Source: Camelus dromedarius
Lineage: Eukaryota
DNA length: 64,000 bases
Reading direction: 5' to 3'
Assembly (NCBI RefSeq): GCF_036321535.1
Contig: NC_087436.1
Span: 4,960,001 to 5,024,000, forward strand
The translations under genes were made by a program, and so were the position numbers. A model generated the notes under the pieces. That model had not been told where the DNA came from. It worked only from the letters and a program-made list of their open reading frames with translations, and did not search any database. Shown piece by piece: positions 39,399-51,921 of the stretch (the first letter of the stretch is position 1; the number at the start of each line of letters is the position of its first letter).

Positions 39399-39973
39399 TT
39401 TAACATTTTTAATTGATTTGTAATCATTTTACAATGTTGTGTCAAAATTCCAGTGTAGAGCACAATTTTTCAGTTATACATGAACATATATATATTCATT
39501 GTCACATTTTTTTCTCTGTGAGCTACCATAAGATCTTGTGTATATTTCCCTGTGCTATACAGTATAATCTTGTTTAACTATTCTACAATTTTAAAATCCC
39601 GTCTATCCCTTCCCACCTTCCACCCCCTTGGCAACTACAAGCCTACTTCAGGATGACACTTGCACCGCAGTGTTCATAGCAGCACTATATAGCCAAGACA
39701 TGGAAACAGCCTAAATGCCCATCAACAGGTGACTGGATAAAGAAGAGGTGGTATATTTATACAATGGAATACTATTCAGCCATAAAAACCGACAACATAA
39801 CGCCATTTGCAGCAACATGGATGCTCCTGGAGAATGTCATTCTAAGTGAAGTAAGCCAGAAAGAGAAAGAAAAATACCATATGAGATCGCTCATATGTGG
39901 AATCTAAAAAACAAAAACAAAAACAAAGCATAAATACAAAACAGAAATAGACTCATAGACATAGAATACAAAC
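39399..39973 (-). mobile_element. Young L1 with 5' inversion (twin priming)
   Basis: 39399-39641 is the antisense 3' end and 39642-39976 is the sense upstream segment; TSD ttggaaaataacatttt / ttggagaataacatttt followed by aa. Confidence 0.92.
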
Positions 39974-40239
39974 TTGGAGAATAACATTTTAATTAACCCT
40001 GTGACTTTGAGTAAGATGGCTACCGCGCCAAACTTAAGCTTTCTCAACAATAAAAATAAGGAAGGCGTCTATGCTTTGAATATTTCCCACCAGTGATCCT
40101 GGTGCCCAAAATGTGTGAGCCACTAGAATAGAATCAGAAATAGCAGCTCAGAGATACTGCACTGGTCTAAACGAAAAGTCAAGAGCCTGAAATAAGACAA
40201 CTGGCAGTAGGACCCCCCAAAAAGGAGATGGACTTGACA

Positions 40240-40490
40240 TAAAGCTAAGGATTTAGACACTGAAAAGTGTAGATGATTAGATTTGGAGACTGAGGAACGA
40301 GACATCTGGATGACCACACAGAATGTGGTAGAGTTTTAATGAGAATAGGGGAATAGATAGTAGAGAAGGAAACAAGGGAAGAGAATAAATTCAGCTTTTA
40401 TAGCTAATCTAAGTTACTTCTGAAGCACTAGATCAAGATGTCTGTTAGACAGCTAGAAATGTGGGTCAGAATTGCAGAAGAGAGAGCTAA
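40240..40490 (-). mobile_element. L2 fragment
   Basis: agatgtctgttagacagctagaaatgtgggtcagaattgcagaagagag motif. Confidence 0.6.
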
Positions 40491-40664
40491 ACAAGTTGGC
40501 ACAATAAAGAGACTTGAAGAAGAAGAAGAGGAGAAGGAGGAGGTGAAGGAGGGTAGTCAAGGGAGAAGGAGGAAAAAGTCGTAATAAAAGGAACATGCAG
40601 AAAATAATGTAGTATTTTTCTGAATGGGTGTTTGGTTTTTATACAAATGTTATCAGAATAAATG

Positions 40665-41198
40665 TATAATGGAAAAGAACAAATCTGGCTCCATATTAGA
40701 TCTGTTCTTTTGGCTTTAACCCTGTGCCCTGTTTTCTAGGCTTAGTCTTGCTGGCTCTGCACTTCGTGTGAAACAATGTTGCCTTTAGCCTGAAATATAC
40801 AGGAGAGCCCATTCTCAAGGCTCTGACTTTTAAGGATATTAACACTTTTGTACTCCTATAAAGATAACAAGTTGCAGAATAGAAAATAATGTTTGTTTCA
40901 TTGGAGGTTTTACAGGGGCACCATGACCTGACCCATGTGGACAGCTGCAAGAACAAAGTATTCCAAGAATAAAGAATTTTTACACCAAGAAACTTGCAGC
41001 AACCGATTACACCCTTTCTCCTAGTACAAAAGGATCCTGAATGCTGACTTGGGGAAGATGGTTCTCTAGGACATTAGTCTACCATCTTCTCAGTCAGCCA
41101 GCTTTCCAGATAAAGTTGTTATTCCTTGCCCCAATACCTTGTCTCCCAATTTATTGGCCTGTTGTGCAGCGAGCAGAGCGAGTTTGGACTCAGTAATA
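40665..41198 (+). mobile_element. ERV1-class solo LTR (about 534 bp)
   Basis: Homologous end to end with the inverted copy at 50925-51921; U5 end gagtttggactcagtaata; 4-bp TSD aatg/gatg. Confidence 0.85.
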
Positions 41199-44046
41199 GA
41201 TGTACCAGTATGCAATCTTTTTTTTTTTTCACTTAATAAAACACTTTGAAGATCGTTCCTTGTTGGAACATGCAGACTGACATCAACATGAGTAAACATG
41301 TAAATGATAAAGAAATTTCCAGAAGCATACACAAAACTGATAACTGTGATTACCCTTGGGGAAGGGAACAGTCATTAGGATTAGCATTGTAGTCAATGGG
41401 GCATTTAAATACTTACAAAGTTTTGTTTATTTAATATGGAGACTGAATTTATGTATTGCCTATAAAATTACAAATTCATTTTTTAGGTGAGGTTAGACTA
41501 ATTCCTCCAGACTATCTCAGGTGCTCATTATGCCTTGTAAAATTAAATTATGTGCTGACCTCTCCTTGAAATCCAAGAAAATGCCAGTGTTTTCTCATAA
41601 AACAGTAATTTAATAAGATATATTTCTACCGAGTTAATATTGAAACTAATAGTGCACATGTATCAAAATCTTAGCGGTAGTCAATAATGCAGCTGCAAAA
41701 TCTTACATGTATAAATTGTCTACCGTTTGGGTGATTGGTGTTTTCCATCGGTCATTTTGACAAGGCCAGAATAACTCTTTAAAATTGCAAGTCATTTAAA
41801 ATAAGTAAAAGTGCTCCCTTGAAAGTCACCAGCAAACAGTACCCGTGAATCCTTCCAACAAAGGGAAAAAATGAAACAGTTATGGTGCATTTTTCTTCTT
41901 TTCCTAGAGAATGGACTCATTTGTTCTCTATAGGTTTCTTTCGAAAGTATCCAGCCAAATGACTCTTCAACATCTATGCTAATTTCCAAGGTTCAATCTA
42001 AGACCCTCTTTTCTCCTTTTTCTGTAGAACATTCTCAGAGAATTGAGTCATTTCTATGAAATTAATTTTTTCTTCCATATGAGCGCCACTCAGGTGTGAC
42101 ACCGCCAGTCCAAACCTCTCTCCTAAGTGTAGCTGTCCTCTCTCTCTTTCTCTCTCCCACATGACACATGGCAACCTCAGGGAAACAGGACTCAAACAAA
42201 TTTATTATCTCTCCTTCCTCCTTTCACTTTGCAAGGCTGGGTCAGATCCAAAATGAATTCCTTACTTACTGCTAGTGGCTCAAGGTCACTCAAGGTGAGG
42301 ATGTTGGAGAGGAGTGCCAGATTCGGATCTGCCACAGCTGGGCAGGGAACCAGAAGCAGATGGGAGTGACGCTGACCTTTGAGGGGACAACCATATTCAG
42401 GGCAGCAGCCCCTCCTCCACCAGTCTACAGTAGACGTGTGGGTATGGGTACCCACTGCTGCCAAAAATCTTGTATTAAATTCTGGTAATTCTATTTAAAA
42501 CCTAAAGGATACCAATAAGAAAAAATCCACAGCAGCTGACAGTCTTCTGCTGTAGATGATTTCATTTGCTTATCACAACCAACAGTCGGAAACCACACAC
42601 CTGCGTGACATGAACAAGCAAAAGAACAAAAAGCCAGGTCTGTCTAGCTTTGGTCTCTAACACAAAGTTAATCTTGAATATTTCCTGTTGAGTCACTGAC
42701 TCCAAACAGCAAATCACTTTATCACTGATTTTTATGGTACTGCTGTCCAAAAACATGTCAAAGCCTTTGGTATCTGAGATAATCATCTGAGAAATTGCTA
42801 TTTTTCCCACCTAGAATAGAATAATGGTCAGCGCAGTAATCTTGTTAAGTGTGTGTGTGTCTGTGTGTGCGTCTTGTGTATTGTATTATTTATTGTATTT
42901 TTACAACAAACACACTTTATTGTGTGCTGTATTTCTTATTTGGTAACTCAGCACTGCTAACACTCAGACTCCCTTCTAAATGTTCTCTCTGAGTAAACTT
43001 TACTCTTTCCTAAATAGCTTTGTTTCTGATCTAAACCTTAACTCTTAAACCACTATTCATTAACCTAAATTTTGATGATTCTTCCCTCAAATTGTTTCTT
43101 GAACCAGTTACTGTCTTTAATTCCAGCAGCTGCCTCCTACAGCTCAGGCTCTGAGCCTCAATGGTCTGCACACAGTTTCCAGTGAATCCCATTGACTCCT
43201 TCCAACACCGCACATACGCCACCATCTACAATTAAGTTTATTTCCCTAACAAATCTCTTTGCTGGAAGAATCCCTTTCAAAATCCTCAGACTGATATGCA
43301 GAGGGTTCTGAAGGCTGGGATCTCGTTCACTGTATCTTACCGCACAGACTATCTCTTCAAGCCAGATCCCCTTCCATGCATTTTACATAAATTATGATTC
43401 TTGTTTTAGAGAATACATATTGGTATAGGGGAAAGCACGTGGTACACTGTCACATAAAGTGAGTCATTAAACAGTATATTTAGTTGATACAATTTTTGAA
43501 AAATGAAGGAAGATGGGAAGAGAGCAAAAGCGCTGGACCCTGCTTTTAGATTGTGAGGTTCTTGTCGTCAAATCACGTTTTATTCCCTTTGTTTTTGGTA
43601 TTTATGTATTTTGCACCTAATACATGAGTTATTTTTACAATCAGAAAAAAATAAACTTTCAAATATACCATGCAAACTTCAGGACCCACCTCTAATAAAT
43701 ACTTCACTTAGTCATCTCAGAATTCAGCAATCCACAATCTTGGAAATTCTTTACGTATTTCTGTAGGAAACACGGATCGATCTTGTGGATGACCCACCAA
43801 AAACACAGTTCTTCAAGTTTATGGACCACTAATCTCTAATCATCTTCCTCCAATCCCCTTCACTCGGAGCCAGATTTAAAAGTTCTCTACCCAGAAAAGA
43901 CTAATCCATGCATAATTTAAAATGAAAACACTTCACCATAAAACAAGCAAAAAAATAAATAAAATGAGGATTTAAAATTATCTTCTGAAATAAATATTAA
44001 AATATAAAATTACTTCAAATTTATTTGTTGACATATTCCTGCCCAT

Positions 44047-44048
<2 letters not shown>

Positions 44049-44092
<44 letters not shown>
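44049..44092. repeat. (GT)n microsatellite
   Basis: Directly visible. Confidence 0.95.
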
Positions 44093-44095
<3 letters not shown>

Positions 44096-45017
44096 CGCGC
44101 GCACGCACTCACCCACTAAGCATGTTTTTAATCTGCTAACTGGGAAACCTAGTACCAACTTCTACCACCTATTCTTTTGGCAAGATCCACGATATGGTCC
44201 CAACCATGGAATCTCAGAAGTCTCCGTTGCAAGCATTTTTTTCATTGATCATGACTTTAGTTTTTCAATTTAACCATTCTGCCATCCTCTAACCAGCAAT
44301 TCTTCAACCAAATTGAGAAGTCCAAACTGTTATCATTACAGTGTCATTACTGTCCATCACCCACTTCCCTCCTCCTTTTCTTCCTTCACTGGTGTCAATT
44401 CCATAATCAATCACTACAGTTTCTCCCAAGCCAGCACTGTGTATCGCTTGTCTCTTTCACCCTCCAAAAGAATCACCCGGAAAAACCATCATTCAGGTTT
44501 GCACAAATATCCTCCTAACGCCCATCTTCACATGCCCACTGAGTGTTGGTGGAGGAATAAAACAGACCACGTCAACTGAGCTAATGCCTGACTGACAACC
44601 ACAGCTCTCAAGGTTGCTTGGCGAACTCGGTGTGTACACCCAGTAAGACTGCTCGTTAGTTCTCTGTTACAAATATTTCAGGCTGACCATTCAGTCCTCA
44701 AATCTCAAGCATTTCTCCTTCTAAGTTCAATCTACAATACTTTTTATCATATTTCATTAAAAAAAATAGTTGCAGCACACAGAAACTCCCTTATTCTTCC
44801 ACTGTCAAAGCTCCTCTTTTACCAGCACCCATTTCAGTAAGTCCTGGCTAAAATTAAAGGAAAAAAAATTTCAACAAGCCCTGACTCCTATAGCTTCTCA
44901 CCGTATCACCAATTTCCTGTGTGTAACATCTCCTCTGTCTCGCATGCCACAAACTCCCTCCCTAGTGCTTTAGCTGCTCTCACCTTAAGAAAAGGGTCTC
45001 GTTCTGAGCTTATCCCC

Positions 45018-45456
45018 TTAGTGGGTTGAATAGTATTTACCCCAAAATGATATGTCCACAACCTCACCTTTGGAACCTGATTTGGGAAAAGGTCTTTGCT
45101 GATATCATTACATGAACAGTCTCGAGAAAAGAGCATCCTGAATCACCCAGGCAGTCCCTGAATCCAGTGACCAGCACTTTCATGAGAGGCACAGAGGAGA
45201 GAAACACAGAGAAGTCCATGGAGAGGCTGTACAGTCGGGGGCAGAGATGGATTATGCAATTCCCCCAGCCACGGACAGCTGGGAGCCGCCAGAAACTGGG
45301 ACAGCAAGGAAGGGTTTCCCTAGAACTTCAGGAAGGAGAAGAGCAGACAGCTGGATTGCAGACTCTGGCCTCCAGTAGTGTGAAAGAATAAAAGGCTTTT
45401 GTCTCGAGCCACAAAGATGGTGGTCCTTCATTACCGCAGCCCTAGGACATAAGACA
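45018..45456 (+). mobile_element. MaLR LTR (MLT1B-like)
   Basis: gtgggttgaatag...tttgggaaaaggtctttgctgat...ggcctccag...gcagccctaggacataagaca. Confidence 0.85.
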
Positions 45457-45568
45457 GACTCACCCACCCGGCTCCAGGTAACACCACAACCTCACCATCT
45501 CCACTGCTCCCAAGGAATGAAACTTCCCTGTCCCAAAGCCTTGCATTCCCTTTTCCCCTCATTTCAAT

Positions 45569-45699
45569 ATTATTTTTTGTTTTTGGTGGGAAGAGGCAAT
45601 TAGATTTATTTATTTATTTGATGGAGATGCTGGGGATTGAACCCAGGACCTCGTGCATGTTAAGCACACACTCTACCCCTGAGCTATATCCTCCTCCTA
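45569..45699 (-). mobile_element. tRNA-derived SINE (vic-1-like)
   Basis: ggggattgaacccaggacctcgtgcatg...ctgagctata; TSD cttttccc(c)tcatttcaat on both sides. Confidence 0.95.
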
Positions 45700-46099
45700 C
45701 TTTTCCCTCATTTCAATTGGGCTCTTGTTCCCAACTCTAACACTTCCCTCGTAAAGCTCTCCAACAACTTCCATCCCCCCAAACCGGTGGTCACTGACTA
45801 CTTGTCATCTCAGAGTCTCACAGCGCTCAGGTTAAGTCATCCCTGAGGGCCTGGAATCACACACGCCCTGGTCTTCTCCCTCCTCACTGGTGCCCCATCT
45901 GCCTCCCCATCGTGTTCCACCTCCTGTGACTGCCTTCTGTGTATCTGGTGTCCCAGAGTCAGTCACACAACATCTTTACATCTTTTCTGTTTATCCTGTC
46001 CAAGTTCTAATAGCTCCAAATTCATGTCCTATCTCTTCTCTGAGTTACATGGTTACATCATTCTTTATTTTTTGTCCTTTTTTTAAAAAAAAAAAAGCA

Positions 46100-46330
46100 T
46101 AAAGGAAGAGTTTAGTAGAGAAAGGAGGCTGTGGGAGCTGCCTGACAGTGTGCTCCTCCTGGCACCGCACACACTCAGTGTGACCTCGCCAAGTTATTCG
46201 GCACTGTGCTGGCTCCCCGTCTGAACTATGGGGGTATGAATAATATCTGTGTACTGGATTATGGTGGGGAAGACAACTCATCCAGATAAAGGCTCGAAAA
46301 CAGTGTCTGGCTCAACAAGGATAATCATTG
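46100..46330 (+). mobile_element. MIR SINE
   Basis: gtgtgacctcgccaagtta...aacagtgtctggctcaa. Confidence 0.65.
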
Positions 46331-48443
46331 TCATGATGATGATGATGATGATTTGACATCTGTATTTGGATAATGTACATAGACATCAAATCTATATGTC
46401 AAAGATTGTATTCCTGATTCCACTCAGTTCCAATGCCCAGTCCTCTGCTGTGTTCCCTATATTGGTGTTTAGTACTTACCTACTAGGTACTTAGTACTAC
46501 CTAAGTATTTACTTAGTACTGGGCAGTAAGACCCCCAAAAGAGGAATCAACTGATGCCTCTTTCCTCCTCTTGCCCAATATCCAATCCAGCAGCAGATCT
46601 GGATAACTTCACCTCCAGGTAGTGTGAATCTCTTCATCTGTCTTCAATCAGTGGGAAACCTCCCCCTTTAACTTGCACCATCATCCCTGACTGGATTGTG
46701 GCAGGAGTCACCCTTGTCCCTACACCTGTCTCTCCATAACCCATTTTTTCATTAGGAGCTGCAAAGAACTTTTTAGAGTTTCATCAGAACACGCAGCCAC
46801 TCCGTGACTGACGACCATCTAACCGCTTCCAGTTAGTAGTTAGCATCACATTCTGCGCCCTTCCCACCGCACGTCGGGTATATCCACAGGAGTTCATCCT
46901 ATATGGTGCTCCTTCAGCCCTCCTGCTGTAGCCCAAGCTGGCCTCACTGGGGGTTTGCCCCCACCTGGGGCCCATGCCCGCCCTCCTCCCTGCACAGATG
47001 ACCCTCCACCCTGATGTCCCCGGTTCTGGGTCCTTGTCTTCCCTCTCTTCCATCTCAGACCTCCCCCAGTAACACCCACACCACTCCTCGTATCAAGCAG
47101 TATCTTTTCCATCCCCAATAATAGTGATTTTCTATCATTTTTTTTCCTGGCTTATTTTCTGCACAGCATTCCTTGGTGACTATAACTTTTTTCTTTCTTC
47201 GTTTTATTGTTTGTTTGTTTTTCATTGCTTGACTCTGACAATAAAATCAGCTTTGAGAGGTCAAGGATCTCATTTGTCTTGTTCACTCTTGTCTCCCCAG
47301 TGCCAGGAGTGAATGAGAGGAAATAAAATGTTACTGTTTCATATTAGTTTGTCTTGTCTTTTAAGTCTCATGCATGTATGGTTTGTCACTCTAGGGATTT
47401 CTTCTTCTCATTAATGCATTAATTCATTCAACAAATGTTTACTGAGTACATACTTTTGTCCCACATCACTGTTGGATTTTAGTAATTCAAAGGCAATAAA
47501 AACAATTTCTTTGCTCAATGAACTAATAATTTAAACCAACCCAAAGATTCTAAAGGATCTAATAAAGCCCTTTGTACATGGCTACACATTTAGATAAATA
47601 ATATTCAGATTAATTATTCAATTACAGGAGTAAAGAAAATCTTTCACAAGCCTACTGGTAAATAACTTCAGCTTTTTAAATATTAGGATAAAAATTAATA
47701 ATAGATTTAACTGAGAAGGCAAATATTTCTTTTTCTTCTGTTTGCTCGTGTGTGTGTGTGTGTACACATGGGAATAGAATTTGACAACTCACTAAAGGAA
47801 TTCCTAAGTGTGAAAATATTTCTATATAATTGTCAGTAATTTGCCTAAAAGAAAAATAAAATACTTTATTCTTTAATATACTCTGGAATTAGAGTATTCT
47901 GGATAGGTAAATGTCCTTGAGAATTATAATATATGTAGTATTTTTTTTATTATTATGCAAATAAAATTGTCTCAGAAATTGTGTCTTTCAGCCACCTAAG
48001 CTTATTGATGCAGTAAGAAATTTCCTTATCTTTGAAATGAGAGCAAAAATGTCTGACCAGGTGATTGTTAGAACTGAGAAAAATGCATATAAATGATCTG
48101 CCACTTCGAGTAGGTGCTCAATATTGCTTTTCATGAATACCTTTCTAAATGACCAGTAGTATGCATTTACCTTCTCCAAAATAAACTACTAAACATAGTA
48201 ATCATATAGTACCTGGATTGCAAGGAAGGAATTAACTGGTTAAATAAATATGAACGTGAGAGTGAGTGCCATTAATTTACCTGCTGCATCAGCCCAGCCG
48301 TTTCCCTGCTCTGGGACAGACTTCTTCCGTAAATTGCAGAGACTGGGGCAGGTTATTCGTAAGGCCTTTTCCGGCTCTAAGATGCCAGTATTCAAGTATG
48401 TCGATCGTCACTTTGTGATGTGACGCTGTGACGCTTAAGGTTC

Positions 48444-48885
48444 TGTTATGGATTGGGCTGTGTCCTCAGAGAGACATGATGAAGTCCTAATCATCGCTGG
48501 TACCTGTGGATTGAACTTGTTTGGAAATAGGGTCTTTGTAGGTGGAAGCCAGCTAAGATGGGGGCGTTCGGGTGAGCCCTAACTGAAGATGACTGGTGTC
48601 CTTATAGGAAGAAGGAAACAGCGAGCAAAGGGGGGAACGCCCAGTGAGAAGGTCGTGTGATGATGGAGGCAGAGACTAGGGTGATGCCACTACAGGCCAG
48701 GCAGGCTGAGGACCCGTGGCACCTCCAGAAGGCAGAAAGTTTGCGTGCAGAGTCTCAGAGGGAGCCTGGCCCTGCTGGCGCCTTGATTCTGGACTTCTGG
48801 CCTCCAGAACTTAAGAGAATACATTTCCATGGTTTTAGCCCCTCCTCTGTGCTGTTTTCTGATAGCAGCCTAAGAAACTAACCCA
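48444..48885 (+). mobile_element. MaLR LTR (MLT1C-like)
   Basis: tgttatggattg...tttggaaatagggtcttt...ggacttctggcctccagaact...gcagcctaagaaactaa. Confidence 0.88.
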
Positions 48886-49349
48886 GGGCCTCCAAGCTGC
48901 GGGAACCTGCCAGTCCCTCCGCTAAATGGTCCCAGTTCATTCATTTGAGGATTAGAGTGTCTTACTGTGCTACTTTCCCCAAAATTTCTCCTGCTACTTG
49001 ACAGGGGATATATATTTCATTGTCATGAGCCAGGTTTATGACTTTGTCTGATAAGATTCAAAATTAGATTTTCTAAAAAAATTAAGAGAAGTATGTTCCA
49101 GGATTATCTTGTTTATGTGACAATAAATTCATAATGTATTTCTTTATATTCCTTTAATAGATGCGAAATACATTTGACAGTGTTTCATTTTACCTGTCAT
49201 GTTTAAGATATACTAGTGATACCCTGATCTTCCCACTGCCTTACTTTTAATATTTATGTAAAGTCATCTGTGGATGTAGTTTTTACGAAACACTTTCTCA
49301 AGATAAATTCATGTTGCCACTGAATAAACCTGCTAATAGCAACAAATTA

Positions 49350-49630
49350 CCTCTCAGGTTCTCGTGAACACTGTCTTCCTGGCTTGTAGCTGTCTGTTGG
49401 TTCCCTGTGGCCTCGCGTGGCCTTTCCTGTGGTGTGCAGCTGGAGAGAGAGAGTGAGCAGAGAGCTTCCTCTTCATATAAAGACACCAATTCTATTGAGC
49501 CAGGGCCCCGCACTTGGGACCTTGTTCGGCATTAATTACCTCCTTAAACACCCTGCCTCTAGATACAGCCACGTTGAAGGTTGAGGCTTCAACATGTGAA
49601 TTTCTAGGGAACACAACTTAGGGCATAACA
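49350..49630 (-). mobile_element. MaLR LTR (MLT1A-like), partial
   Basis: cttcctggcttgtag...ttaattacctcc...ggcttcaacatgtgaattt...cataaca. Confidence 0.8.
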
Positions 49631-50924
49631 AACTCTATCCTGAATTTTAGTGGGAAATATAGAATGAGACATGAATAATTGAAATAATGTATCTTATTCT
49701 TGTGATAAATCAACTTTGCAAAGATGTCAATTCTCCTCACAACAAGGTGTGGATACTCATAATTCCAATCAAAAGCCCAACTAGATGTGATTTTATAACA
49801 CATCTTCTTCTTTCTTGACAAGTTTTCTGGTAAGACTAAAAACAAAAGCAAACCAAAGTTGATTAATCATTTTCTTAAAATATTTGTGCCTCGTAATTTA
49901 TATAGCACCTTATAATTTGTGAAGTTCTTTTCATAATGATTACCTCACACCATCCTTAAGGCAAGCCTGTCAAAACACTTTCCCAAGGGAAAGAAAGTAC
50001 TCCCCAATGAAATGATGAGAAAAACTGGCTATTAAATGAACTGTCAAGTAATTCCTATGTGATCAATAGTCTAATGAACTCAGGAGAAACTTAATCCATG
50101 TAAAAAACTACAAGCCAATTTACTTTCACAGTAACACCCTTGTCTACTGTATGTGGAAATTTCAGTTGCAAATATTTCCCTTGTCCCATCCTGGTCAGTA
50201 TTAAACACAACAATAATATGTTAAATGAAGTATTACTTTGAGTTTGTAGATAGCATTTACTTGATATGCTCCCTAAATACCTTGCAAGATATGAATAAAT
50301 TGAAAGTAGCACTTTAGTAAAGGAAAAGAAGGGAAAAAAATACAGAGAATAAAAACATTCAAGGCTCATGAGGTCAGGACAGCCCTTCCCTTTGACATGG
50401 AGGAACCAGAAGTTTTACTTCACTATCTCTCTAACTCAGTTGTCCTCCTGACTCCCTCCTACTTCTTACCCAATTAGCATATGTGTAAATCACAGCAGCC
50501 CAACTGATGATCCTGATTCTATTCAAAAGTCCACCAGGAGGAATCCTGGGTCACTGCAGCCTGGACACTGTAAAGTCAAAGATTCTGTGGAGACCCACCA
50601 CCCCATAGCTACACTGAGCACATCAAACCTCCTTTGACTTTGCAAACGTTTCTATTTGAATTCCCACTAACAGTTCTACTAGAAGACCATATTGTCTTGA
50701 ATCCATACCTGTTCCAGTAAAAGAAGGGAAAATATTACAGTTCTAGCTCTTGGTGATGCTTCTGAAGAATGTCACGCATTTATCAGTTGTTGGAATGCTG
50801 TTCAATCTAAGCCAAAATCATCTGTTTTTGAAGTAGCAAGTGGAAAGTCTATGCCAGTGACAGCCTAGTTTGAAGGGACACAGAGAGAATACCAGTACTC
50901 AGGCTCAATAACCAAGGATGCCAG

Positions 50925-51921
50925 AGTTACTGAGTCCAAGCTCATACTACTCGCCCCATGACAGGCCAATAAATCAAGGGACAAGGAACAATGACTTTTT
51001 TGGGAAAGCCATCATACTGAGAGGATGATGGACTAGCATCCCAAAGAACCATCTTCCATGATTCAGAATTTAGGCTTCATTTATACTAAAAAGGGAGGAG
51101 GTGTTGTTGGCTTCTGCAAACTTCTTGGTGCTGGAATCCTTTCTTCTTGCAGCTGTCCACATGGATCAGGTCATGGTGCCCCTGTAAACCTCCAAGAAGA
51201 CAAATGTTATTCTCTGTTCTGCAACTTTTTATCTCTATATGGATGGAAAAATGTTATACTTTTAAAGATTGTCAACCAAAAAAAGAAATACACAATGTGA
51301 GAGTTGTGAGTTAAGTTTTATTTGGGGCCAAATGAAGACTATAGCTTGGGAGACAGCCTCTCAGATAGCTCTGAGGCACTGCTCCAAAGAGGAGCTGCAG
51401 GGGCTAAGGTCAGTGTGTATGTAATCATAGTGAAGGGGGTTACCTGCAGTCAAGCCCACGTGTAAGCAGAGGCCTGCTGCTGGTCATGAGCAGCAGATGT
51501 CACCATTAATGATTTTAGTGCTTTTCTAGATACAAGGAGATGCAAGAAATTGGGCTCATAACACTCCTCCTGAAACGTATCTATCTGAAGGCCTGTTCTG
51601 CCAGTTTTTCCCAGAGCACAGAGTGCCTCATTCTGGATTCTCTGCCCTAAACTCCTTTTAGGATGTGTTGAAGGTTGGTGACTGCAGTGGCTCAGGGCCT
51701 AATCCTTGCAGAGGCAGAGGCAAGCAACAGGGTTTCATCCACAAGGCCAAGGCTGGGAGGCAGAGCCTTGAAGATGGGCTGTCCTGTCTATTTCAGGCTC
51801 TAGGTGACATTCTTTTACAAAATGTGCAGGACCAGCATGGCTGAGCCCAGCAAACAGAGCCCAGGGTTAGAGCCAAAGGAAATGATCCAATATGGAGTCG
51901 GATTTGTTCTTCTCTATTACA
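50925..51921 (-). mobile_element. ERV1-class solo LTR (same family as 40665-41198) carrying a nested LTR
   Basis: gttactgagtccaagctc...ggatttgttcttctctattaca is the reverse complement of copy 1; TSD ccag/ccaa. Confidence 0.85.
51270..51743 (-). mobile_element. Nested ERV1 LTR (MER41-related type)
   Basis: TG...CA ends; minus-strand AATAAA (ttttatt); cagcctctcagatagctctgag motif; absent from the sister LTR. Confidence 0.75.

Larger units (their letters stand above)
44250..47320 (+). mobile_element. Fragmented L2 element interrupted by an MLT, a SINE and a MIR
   Basis: C/T-rich degenerate L2 body ending in ttgttcactcttgtctccccagtgccagg...gaatga. Confidence 0.6.

Noticed and set aside
46469..46520. 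CRISPR-like repeat-spacer pattern
   Set aside because: The repeats are only 8 bp, the context is mammalian and there are no cas genes.
40665..51921. Provirus bounded by two LTRs
   Set aside because: The LTRs are inverted with separate TSDs, and there is no gag/pol/env between them.
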